A stretch of DNA of 64,000 bases from an uncultured Anaeromyxobacteraceae bacterium. Its GTDB lineage: Bacteria; Myxococcota_A; UBA9042; DTJE01. Of the stretch, positions 20,676 through 28,484 are shown piece by piece (position 1 is the first letter of the stretch; every line of letters begins with the position of its first letter). Under the pieces are notes generated by a model, which made no database searches, was not told the origin of the DNA, and was given only the letters and a program-made list of their open reading frames with translations. Where the stretch lies: the NCBI GenBank assembly GCA_964522105.1, contig CAZFVA010000004.1, positions 24,740 through 88,739 of the forward strand, in the 5' to 3' direction. Position numbers and translations under genes: made by a program.

Positions 20676-21391
20676 TCCTTGTTCTTGCGTCCAAGCTTCA
20701 GTTTGATTCCATCCAGGTCGGCCAGAGGGTTTTCAATTCCACTGGCAACGGCGATGTTCTGCCACTCTTCCGGGGAGTCGTAGAATCTTGTTGCAATTCC
20801 CGTCAGGGTGTCGTCAGTGCCAGCCGTGATCTCCCGGTCTCCGTTGCCCGTGGCGGTCTGTCTGGAAATCTGGTCACCGGCAGGTGTTGCCTCGATCAGA
20901 TCAATTTCCACGCGGGCCCGGACCGGGGTTCCATCGGACAGGAACATGACATAAGCGACCTTGATTCTTTTGACATACCAGGGGCATGAATTGTAGGAGT
21001 CGTTTTCGGACATGAAACGGCCCCATTGAAATAGAACTTTAGGGGGGCGCTTGAGGTCGGGGTCCTGGTGTACAAGGGCCTCCAGCTTGTCAATGTAGCG
21101 GCGTCTGACGTTTTGCCGTTCTTCGTAAGTATCAAAATACAGATTTCCAAGGGCCAGCTTTCTGGAGGTGCCATGGGTCCACTCCTTGTCTCCGGAGTCC
21201 AGTCCGTGGCGACTGTGTTCCTTGAATTCCGTGGATTTCTCGACTGTTATGGCTGCGGGGTTGTAGTTGAACACGAAATCAGCGCCGCCATCCCGGGGAA
21301 AACCGCCCCAACCTCTGTCGATGACATGAAGAAATGCTTTGGAGAGCGAACCGTTTGAAGCGTGACATCCAGAAAGAAAATCCATTACCAA
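20672..21391 (-). CDS. tube-initiator-like protein with C-terminal LysM domain (Afp7/Pvc7-like)
   Basis: N-terminal tube-like segment FVFNYNPAAITVEKSTEFKEH. C-terminal LysM-like DTLTGIATRFYDSPEEWQNIAVASGIENP. Translationally coupled to both flanking genes. Confidence 0.6.
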   Translation of the reverse strand: MVMDFLSGCHASNGSLSKAFLHVIDRGWGGFPRDGGADFVFNYNPAAITVEKSTEFKEHSRHGLDSGDKEWTHGTSRKLALGNLYFDTYEERQNVRRRYIDKLEALVHQDPDLKRPPKVLFQWGRFMSENDSYNSCPWYVKRIKVAYVMFLSDGTPVRARVEIDLIEATPAGDQISRQTATGNGDREITAGTDDTLTGIATRFYDSPEEWQNIAVASGIENPLADLDGIKLKLGRKNKE

Positions 21392-23556
21392 CCTCTTTCA
21401 AATTCCTGTTCGATCGTTCTCATGATTCGCTCGTAGACTTTTTCAGTCAGTATTTCGACGTCTGAAAGATCGGGATTATCCAGGACTCGGTTGTAAGTTT
21501 TATTCTGGTCTTCTTCTGGTACAAAACTATCGCTGTTCGGGTTGTCGTTTCGATTTGCTGCGTTTCTGCCTGTCAGTATTGAGCTTTGTTCGGCAGCCCA
21601 TAAGCCGGGTTGTCCAGTCTGCAACTGGTTTTCGCCCGCCCATTGATTGACGGCTCCATTGTGTCCTGAAGACATATCGTTCTGTGAGGACTTGCGGCCT
21701 GACTGGTTCAGTCCATGCAGATTGTTTGGTGTCGATAGTGTTCCTGAACTTGCCCGTTCTTTTTTGTCGAAGCTCGGGAGCGTCATCTCTGGTGATTTGA
21801 AAGAACTGACTGTTTCGTTGTGCAGACTGACAGTGGGTAGATTGTCTTGCGCAGCGTCAGTGGCATAGCCCGATTCCGCTCGTTTTGGCAGTTCGGGTGT
21901 CAAGTGGGATTGCAGCAGCGTCGGATACAGCAAAGATTTTGTTGCTTCGATGGCGGCTGAAGGCTGCCGGGCACCTGGCATGTGGATGTCATCATTATTG
22001 CCGGACTGCCTGTCCCCCGTTGAATCCGCTGATCGCGACAGCTTAAAGGCTCCGAGTTCAGTGGCAAATGGTGATAGCGAAGCATAAGGTCTAGTTGTGG
22101 CCGGTTCATATGGCTCTGCAGACAAGTCTGTGAATGTGCGCGTGGGTGCAGGCTCTTTCCGGGTAATGTTTTCCATTTTCGTGGACAGAGGCTTAATCGG
22201 TGATATGCCGGGGTAGTCAACGAGGTTCGAATAATTCCCGCGCGTGGACAGCCCGGGCTCAGTCGCCTGTTGTAAGACAGGGCGCTTGCGGACCTCTTTC
22301 TCCGGGTTGCTTCGAACGGTTGTTTCAAACTTATCGGATTGATTTCTGTCATAAGTCGACAGGAGCTCCGGCTTGTCTGGTAAAGCTTGTTCGGGCTTAA
22401 CTGACGTTATTAATGCGGCAAATTCAGGTTGAAAGTTTTTGAAATCAGAACCGGACATTTTACCGTATTTTTCAGGTATGGATTCGATTGCGCCGGTACT
22501 GTCTTGTTTCTGTGCGTTCGGTCTGGCTGGCAAGGCGGCACATTCATTCCTGCGGCTGTGCGCTGAAACGGTTTCCGGTTGGCTCGAAGCATTTGCAAGA
22601 TAGATGGAATCTGACAATTCTGATGCTGAATAAGTCGCGCTCAGTCTGCTTTTGAATTGATCGGCGCGGTTAACAGTTTGAAAAAAGGAGTTGTCAGTTC
22701 CTGCATCAATAGTTGTCCGGCGACCATTCTGCGCCGTGACATTGTTTCTTTCCTGTACCGATGCGGCTTTGTCGAATGTCGGCGTGCGCCCGGCTTCAGT
22801 GTTCAGGATCTGCGTAAGGTTTTTTGCGGAAGAAATGCAGCAGGTGGTGGCCTCGTCACCCGGCCTGAATTTTTCGGTGACTGATGGTGTGTTTTGAAGT
22901 ATTGACGGTGGTTCTGCCGGTCGAGTTGACAGCGCAAGGCCATCCTGGTGCCAGCCATTTGAATTGATTGAACTTATCGTGTGTTTCGGGCAGTCGGCCT
23001 TCCTGCCGGCCTTTCTTTCGGTCCGAATGGTCACAGCTTCGCCGTATGGCTGCAGTCCTGTTGAGCTGTCGGCCGAAGTGTGTGGCGGGCTTTTAATAGC
23101 GGTATTTCTGCCCTGGATATCTTTGTCGGCTAAAACCCCTGAGTACTCGGATCGGGATGAAAAGGTGTTGATAATATTTGTGGAGCAATCTGTTCTATGG
23201 ACGCAGCAGTCTTCAAAGCTGGTCGAGGCTTCGCGTTTTGCGTATGCGGGGACAAAGGTAAGGTTGCTCCTGCCGTGCGTTGCCAGCAAAGATTGGCAGA
23301 TGTCCGGAGAGCGCAAGTCTCTGTGTGTCAGCCCGGCGTGTCTTTCTGTAATTCGGTCGTATTCATGTGGCTCTTCGTTCTTTCGTTTTGACAGCCTCAG
23401 GTTTGTTTGAAGTGGAAAGTCTACCTCGAGGTCCTGCTGTTCACTGCTTTGCGCGTTGCTGCCAAGTGTTGTCTTGAAAGGTCTGGCCCCGATTGTTTTT
23501 ACTGGAAGGCTTTGATACCTGTCGGCAATGCGCCCGAAAGGGCCGGTCATTTCCAT
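21385..23556 (-). CDS. tape-measure-like protein; low-complexity S/T/N/Q/P-rich with a conserved-looking C-terminus
   Basis: 723 aa. Sits between the tube gene and the tube-initiator/hub genes (the conserved TMP position). Long polar low-complexity body with an ordered-looking C-terminus LTEKVYERIMRTIEQEFERGW. Confidence 0.5.
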   Translation of the reverse strand: MEMTGPFGRIADRYQSLPVKTIGARPFKTTLGSNAQSSEQQDLEVDFPLQTNLRLSKRKNEEPHEYDRITERHAGLTHRDLRSPDICQSLLATHGRSNLTFVPAYAKREASTSFEDCCVHRTDCSTNIINTFSSRSEYSGVLADKDIQGRNTAIKSPPHTSADSSTGLQPYGEAVTIRTERKAGRKADCPKHTISSINSNGWHQDGLALSTRPAEPPSILQNTPSVTEKFRPGDEATTCCISSAKNLTQILNTEAGRTPTFDKAASVQERNNVTAQNGRRTTIDAGTDNSFFQTVNRADQFKSRLSATYSASELSDSIYLANASSQPETVSAHSRRNECAALPARPNAQKQDSTGAIESIPEKYGKMSGSDFKNFQPEFAALITSVKPEQALPDKPELLSTYDRNQSDKFETTVRSNPEKEVRKRPVLQQATEPGLSTRGNYSNLVDYPGISPIKPLSTKMENITRKEPAPTRTFTDLSAEPYEPATTRPYASLSPFATELGAFKLSRSADSTGDRQSGNNDDIHMPGARQPSAAIEATKSLLYPTLLQSHLTPELPKRAESGYATDAAQDNLPTVSLHNETVSSFKSPEMTLPSFDKKERASSGTLSTPNNLHGLNQSGRKSSQNDMSSGHNGAVNQWAGENQLQTGQPGLWAAEQSSILTGRNAANRNDNPNSDSFVPEEDQNKTYNRVLDNPDLSDVEILTEKVYERIMRTIEQEFERGW

Positions 23557-24068
23557 GTTGAAAATCCGGCTTGAAGCGCCCCTTTCTTTTCGTTCTGGCT
23601 GCTGAAGTCAAATGATTCGTAAATGATTTCAATTTCTTCAAAAAGAAACCTGCTGGAATTTGAATCAAGAACAGGCCCTGAATATGCGGATAAAAAGGCG
23701 CCAAAAAGATTAAAACGCCCCGTCTCTTCTCCTTTGTCGTCGTTGATGATGATCGAAATACTTGTTCGTGCCTGTGGTTCTCTTGTCGGTCTGGATGAGG
23801 ATTTCATCCAGGAAACCAACTCTCTTGAGGCCGCGATGAACCCCCTTTTCAGCGTGAGAGGGGTAAATTTTCCCGGCCCTGGAAGAATGACCGGACCTGT
23901 CAGGTTGCCACCTTCTGAAAAGCTGAGGGTTTCTGATCGCCATTGAAGTCCGCGGGCTTCGGAAAATCTGCCGTGACAAATTCCATCTATTTCAATGGCA
24001 AATGAAAAGGATGTCAGAGGATCTGAGCGTCCGCTGCCGCCAGCGAGTTGTTCTAATGGATTGATCAT
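23547..24068 (-). CDS. contractile tail tube protein, paralog 2 (T4 gp19 / Afp1/5 family)
   Basis: FSFAIEIDGICHGRFSEARGL...ETLSFSEGG pattern typical of gp19-like tube proteins. 173 aa. Confidence 0.8.
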   Translation of the reverse strand: MINPLEQLAGGSGRSDPLTSFSFAIEIDGICHGRFSEARGLQWRSETLSFSEGGNLTGPVILPGPGKFTPLTLKRGFIAASRELVSWMKSSSRPTREPQARTSISIIINDDKGEETGRFNLFGAFLSAYSGPVLDSNSSRFLFEEIEIIYESFDFSSQNEKKGALQAGFSTWK

Positions 24069-24100
24069 CTGGACCCCCTTTGCTTTGAAAAAACTGTGCC

Positions 24101-25594
24101 CTATACGGTAGAGTCCATTCCAATCGAGATTCTGACGAATTTAGCCGGCTTGACTGGAGCCAGATCTATTTCGGCATGTATTCGGCCGGCCGAAATCTCT
24201 TCCGGGGGATTTGTTTCGAAATCGCACTTGACCCGCCATGCCTGTTCTGAAGTTTCCCCTGCGAGCATGCCTTTTTTGTGGAGTTCTCTTGCGAAGGCAG
24301 AAAGCTTTCTTGCGATCGTTTCCCACAGCGTTGCTTCATTCGGTTCGAATGCAGCCCACGCAAGACCCGGCTCGAGAGTTTTTCGTACCGCGTTAATGAA
24401 TCTGGCGGATCCCAGGTCCCATCCATCGGTGGTGACGGCTGCCCAGGGCCTGACACCTTGATGCTGGATAATGGTGTTCACGCCTGATGTGGCCAGGGTT
24501 GCCGCTGAGCCTGTGTTTGTAAACGAGGTCAGCTCTGCAACGTCGGTCAGTTTGATATTTGCCGGTGTTCGATGCGGGCCTGTTTCGTTGTCAATACGTG
24601 CGAAAAGCCCAGCGGCGTATGCGGAAGGAGGAGTCACCATTCCGGACGATGAAACAACCCACGGGTAATAGGCCGCTGCATGTCTTGATTGAAGTGGAAC
24701 GAACCAGTCGATTACTTCCTTCAAGCTGCAATGAGGCGGTGCGTCCAGGATGGCAATAGAGGCGCCTGTTCTGGTTGTGGCATTTACCAGAGCCATCTGT
24801 ACTTTCAGAACGCTGCTGATGTTCAGGAATGGCCCCATGCCAAGTTTTGCAGCTCTTGAATGCAGCCAGAATAAATCCGGGGCAAGAAAAGAGTCACATT
24901 CTTCTGTTCTGAGCAGGGCTTCAAGCGGAGAGTCTTCTTTTTGGAGTCTTTCGTTGGTGGAACCTGTGAAATCATCAGGCTCTGTCTCGTCGATAGCGTC
25001 CCGCCCTCCGGACATGATGATGTTCAGGCATTCGGGGATATTGGACAGATCGACTTGAAAAAGTCTTATTAAACGTTCTGCCGTGTTTGATCTGGCCGAC
25101 TGTAGATCAAAAAATTCGACAGTTTTTCTATTCAAGGCCGTTTTAAGCGCGCAAGAAATTTCGCCATTATGGATAGATAACGAAATGTTATTTCCAAACG
25201 CGCCTCTCTCCAGGGCTTCGGCACTGAAGATCGTTTTTCCTGATGAGTCAGTCAGGTTGTATCTTGCGCGGGAGGCATCTCTGGCAATAACTCTGCTTAC
25301 GAAGCAGCGTTCCCCGCCATTCATGAAATAGGCTCTGATGGAAGGTTCAAGCAGGCCACCGTCCGGAGATCCTCCAAATATTTGAATAAATTCATTTGGG
25401 CTGTGGATTTCCATGGCCTTTCTTTCCGGCCCGCGAACAGTCAGTCCCATAAACCCGGCCACACCAGTTTTGCGCAGCATGAGGGGTTGTTCTTGACGTA
25501 CAGAAGGTACAAAGAGGATGCCCGGTGTTTGATTGGTCATCTCTGTTTGATAACCCTGGTCTGTTCTGGTTGCGTCATGACGCTCTGGAATCAT
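24101..25594 (-). CDS. contractile tail sheath protein, paralog 2 (likely true start at MTNQTPGILF, about 25540)
   Basis: Sheath N-terminus TPGILFVPS...TGVAGFMGL. The segment ...YFMNGGERCFVSRV is equivalent to the sheath-1 motif FFSNGGGRCWIVNV. 497 aa. Confidence 0.85.
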   Translation of the reverse strand: MIPERHDATRTDQGYQTEMTNQTPGILFVPSVRQEQPLMLRKTGVAGFMGLTVRGPERKAMEIHSPNEFIQIFGGSPDGGLLEPSIRAYFMNGGERCFVSRVIARDASRARYNLTDSSGKTIFSAEALERGAFGNNISLSIHNGEISCALKTALNRKTVEFFDLQSARSNTAERLIRLFQVDLSNIPECLNIIMSGGRDAIDETEPDDFTGSTNERLQKEDSPLEALLRTEECDSFLAPDLFWLHSRAAKLGMGPFLNISSVLKVQMALVNATTRTGASIAILDAPPHCSLKEVIDWFVPLQSRHAAAYYPWVVSSSGMVTPPSAYAAGLFARIDNETGPHRTPANIKLTDVAELTSFTNTGSAATLATSGVNTIIQHQGVRPWAAVTTDGWDLGSARFINAVRKTLEPGLAWAAFEPNEATLWETIARKLSAFARELHKKGMLAGETSEQAWRVKCDFETNPPEEISAGRIHAEIDLAPVKPAKFVRISIGMDSTV

Positions 25595-25802
25595 TTATTT
25601 CTCTGTTTATTTCTGATATCTGCTGGACCCATTTGTGTCTTTCCCGGTGTTCCATTTCAAGGATTTCTTCCTGAGACCAGTGAAAATGGTACGCGACGAA
25701 GGCTACCTCCCTGTACAACTGGTCCAGGGGGTAGCGAATCATTCCCCCGGCTGGCAGTCTCCGCAGATGTCGTATTCGATTGATTGCGCACATGCCGGAC
25801 AT
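25575..25802 (-). CDS. small hypothetical protein in the −1 frame relative to the upstream small ORF (candidate assembly-chaperone partner)
   Basis: 75-aa ORF overlapping the 124-aa ORF by 64 nt. Its ATG follows a TAA in its own frame (AGC ATT AAA TGT vs TAA ATG). Confidence 0.4.
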   Translation of the reverse strand: MSGMCAINRIRHLRRLPAGGMIRYPLDQLYREVAFVAYHFHWSQEEILEMEHRERHKWVQQISEINREINDSRAS

Positions 25803-26113
25803 TTAATGCTGGCGATCGTTGAACCGTTTTCGTTGACCCGTTTGTACAATTCCTGCAGGTAGGCAAGGTCTGAAGCGTATAAATCTTCAATCACCGAAGG
25901 ATTAATTGATTTGAGATCTCCAAGGCTTGTGATTACGCGGGAAAGCAGTATTACCACCAGATAGGCTTTGTTCTGCTGGACTCTGTAATCCTGGAGCGGC
26001 GCAATTTCGTCTTTCGCGGTTGCCAGTCTCATCAGGCCCTTTTTGTGTACGCGCCCTTCCTTGTCTACAAAACCTTTTGGCAGAGTGAATTCGAATTCTG
26101 TTTTGAAGCTCAT
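25739..26113 (-). CDS. small hypothetical protein with C-terminal zinc-ribbon-like CPAC...CGDC (candidate tail assembly chaperone)
   Basis: 124 aa. AAGGA Shine-Dalgarno upstream. Sits between tube and sheath genes where phage tail chaperones usually lie. C-terminus IKCPACAQSIEYDICGDCQPGE. Confidence 0.45.
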   Translation of the reverse strand: MSFKTEFEFTLPKGFVDKEGRVHKKGLMRLATAKDEIAPLQDYRVQQNKAYLVVILLSRVITSLGDLKSINPSVIEDLYASDLAYLQELYKRVNENGSTIASIKCPACAQSIEYDICGDCQPGE

Positions 26114-26137
26114 GTTTTTCCTTTTTTGTTAGTGGGT

Positions 26138-26569
26138 TCAGGTGCGTTCAATTTTCTCTACTGCAAGTTCGATCTCTTCCACATTGACGTCAGATCCTTT
26201 GCCATCAAGAGAAAAGCCTTTCCATTTGCACGGCCAGGCATCGAAGAAGTTGTAGCGGACGATTTCTTCGCCATCGTCTGCGCATAGAATGATCGAGCCG
26301 GATTTGCGTTCTGCCTTGCCTTCGATCACTTTTTTCCGCCATTTCCAGAGTTCATCACTGGCAACATAGCCGCGCTTGAGCACAATGTTGGAGTACTTGG
26401 TTCTGCCAGGTCTTTTTCGCAATACGAGGTCATCACCATCCTGGTATTCGACGATCTCGGTTTCAGAGTCGAGGCCATCCACATTGCGAAAAGCCGCTTG
26501 AGTTACGCCTTCAATTTCAACTTTGAAATTGAAGTTTCCAATGTGGTCAAAATCCCTTCTGTTGTTCAT
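26138..26569 (-). CDS. contractile tail tube protein, paralog 1 (gp19 / Afp1 family)
   Basis: NFNFKVEIEGVTQAAFRNVDGL...EIVEYQDG, the classic tube-protein N-terminus. 143 aa. Confidence 0.85.
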   Translation of the reverse strand: MNNRRDFDHIGNFNFKVEIEGVTQAAFRNVDGLDSETEIVEYQDGDDLVLRKRPGRTKYSNIVLKRGYVASDELWKWRKKVIEGKAERKSGSIILCADDGEEIVRYNFFDAWPCKWKGFSLDGKGSDVNVEEIELAVEKIERT

Positions 26570-26601
26570 TCCGGTCCTCCATTCAAAGAATAGTCAGGTT
26601 G

Positions 26602-27810
26602 TTAATCCTTGACGTCCGCGCCGCCAGCCATCTGTCCGATCCTGAAGACAACGAATTCGGCAGGCTTTACCGGACTCATGCCGATATCGACGACGACCCT
26701 GCCTGCGTTTATTACTTCTTCGGGGTTAGTTTCCGAGTCGCATTTGACAAAAAAAGCTTGTTCCGGGGTTTTGCCGAAGAGGGCGCCCTGGCGCCACAGG
26801 CGCAGCAGAAATGCGGTAAGGTCGCGGCTGAGGCGCTTCCAGAGTCGCTCGTCGTTCGGTTCAAAAACGACCCAACCGGTGCCTCTTTCGATTGATTGTT
26901 CAGTCATCAGAAACAGGCGTCGCACATTTACATATCTCCAGACAGGGTCATCAGAAAGGGTTCTTGCGCCCCAGACTCTGATTCCGGAGCCTGGAAGGGC
27001 GCGAATGCAGTTGATGCCGCGCGGGTTAAGAAGGTCCTGTTCACCTGTTGTAATAAGGTACTTGAGGCCAAGAGCACCCCGGACAAGTTCGTTTGCCGGT
27101 GCTTTGTGAACGCCCCTTTCGGCGTCGCAGCGGGCATAGATGCCAGCTACAAAACCGGATGGTGCGGCCATGACACGGCCATGCACAGGGCTGGCAACTT
27201 CAATCCAGGGGAAGTAAATTGCGCCATGTTTTGAAGGCCTTGGCCTGGGGATGGTTTCGACCCCGCCTTTTTCAATTGTTTCGGGGCAGTCGAGAATTGC
27301 GAATCTGTATTTCATGATTTCGCAGTGAGTAAGGACAGCGTCCTGAATTTCGGGATCTGTTATGCCGGGTATGGCAACCAGACTGATGTCATCCAGCGTT
27401 TCAAGGGACTTAAGACCTGTTTTTCTACCTATGCCATCGTCGCGGCCGGCAAAACGGGCAATTTTGTCGGGTCTTGTCTTTCTGGCACTTTTCTTCGGTC
27501 GCTCCGGGTTGTCCGGCTCGATTTCTTCTGTATCGCCAGATTCGCTGAGGCCGACGTTGACGATCCAGCAGCGTCCCCCGCCGTTGGAAAAGAAACCGTA
27601 GACTGCCTGCGCAAGGTGCTCACTGTCCGAGAAGTCACCGAAGGTCTTTGTGAACATGCTCCAGTTGCAACAAAGGAACGGTTCATCAATCGGTCCTTTT
27701 CTGCATTCTCCGAGGAATGCCGCTGTACTTGAGCCGACCATTTCGAGAGGTCGTGCGCCGGAATCGACTTCCTCTACATAAACGCCGGGGGAGAGGTAAT
27801 TTGCTGCCAT
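26602..27810 (-). CDS. contractile tail sheath protein, paralog 1
   Basis: MAANYLSPGVYVEEVDSG...TAAFLG...FFSNGGGRCWIVNV and a C-terminal sheath domain. 402 aa. Confidence 0.85.
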   Translation of the reverse strand: MAANYLSPGVYVEEVDSGARPLEMVGSSTAAFLGECRKGPIDEPFLCCNWSMFTKTFGDFSDSEHLAQAVYGFFSNGGGRCWIVNVGLSESGDTEEIEPDNPERPKKSARKTRPDKIARFAGRDDGIGRKTGLKSLETLDDISLVAIPGITDPEIQDAVLTHCEIMKYRFAILDCPETIEKGGVETIPRPRPSKHGAIYFPWIEVASPVHGRVMAAPSGFVAGIYARCDAERGVHKAPANELVRGALGLKYLITTGEQDLLNPRGINCIRALPGSGIRVWGARTLSDDPVWRYVNVRRLFLMTEQSIERGTGWVVFEPNDERLWKRLSRDLTAFLLRLWRQGALFGKTPEQAFFVKCDSETNPEEVINAGRVVVDIGMSPVKPAEFVVFRIGQMAGGADVKD

Positions 27811-27842
27811 TTTGAGACTCCTGCCGTTTGCTGATAGTCAAG

Positions 27843-28436
27843 TCAGCGATTCGGGACAATCGAGAGGTCCCGCGCTGATACGCGCCTGAGGTCTTTCGAT
27901 CTGCGTTCGGATTCGATCCGGAATCGGACCAGGTAGAACAGTGTCGGCTTCATGTCACGCCCAAGGGTCTTCCAGAGGGAGAGGCATTCTGAAAAGTCGG
28001 TTTCGAGGTCCGGAAAGACTTCAAGGTGGTCGTTTTCAAGAAATGAGTCCCCGATAAGATCGCGGCCGGATATGAAGGGTTTTTCCAGCATGGATTTGAT
28101 GCAGAGACCGAGGAGAGTGTGTTCTTCCGGGGGAGTTCGAGCGTGTGCAGAGATGGCCAGTCGAGCGTGGAGTATCGCCGGGGCGTCTTCGTAGTATTCG
28201 ATCTTTTTTCCGGTTGCGTCTGTGCTGGTAACAATTCGATCGGTGCGTTCGCGGTAGCCGGGAGCGAACCGGATTCCGCAGATAAACATGCTGATTACGG
28301 GGAGGTTGCGAAGATTATCGCGAGTTGGAGTGTCTGTTGAGATGCGGACGGTTTCGAAACCTTCGCGGGAAGTTGTATCGCGGACGATTTTTTCAATGGT
28401 TGGGCAGATGTCCCGGATAACGTCAAAACGCGACAT
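27843..28436 (-). CDS. DUF4255-like tail terminator/cap protein (Afp16/Pvc16-like)
   Basis: 197 aa. N-terminal pattern M..DVIRDI...VRISTDTPTRDNLRNLPVISMFICGIRFAPGYRER parallels the DUF4255 consensus (V.ISFDAPTR...PTLNLFLYDIRENR). First gene of the operon. Confidence 0.55.
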   Translation of the reverse strand: MSRFDVIRDICPTIEKIVRDTTSREGFETVRISTDTPTRDNLRNLPVISMFICGIRFAPGYRERTDRIVTSTDATGKKIEYYEDAPAILHARLAISAHARTPPEEHTLLGLCIKSMLEKPFISGRDLIGDSFLENDHLEVFPDLETDFSECLSLWKTLGRDMKPTLFYLVRFRIESERRSKDLRRVSARDLSIVPNR

Positions 28437-28484
28437 GGGTGTCTCTTGTTTGAGCGATTTGCGTCTTTCGAAGTTTGAGCTGAT

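Noticed and set aside
25739-25802. Canonical −1 slippery heptamer in the small-ORF overlap
   Set aside because: I looked for an X XXY YYZ heptamer and found none; only a weak G GGG GAA. The frameshift hypothesis is kept as a low-confidence finding, not asserted.
19530-28436. Prophage interpretation of the tail-like cluster
   Set aside because: No capsid, portal, terminase, integrase, repressor or att-like repeats are in the window. Paralogous sheath and tube genes and a DUF4255 cap point to a CIS/tailocin-type module rather than a phage.
28437-28484. Possible terminator between uvrA and the CIS cap gene
   Set aside because: Only a 7-nt direct repeat (TTTGAGC). No stem-loop or U-run.
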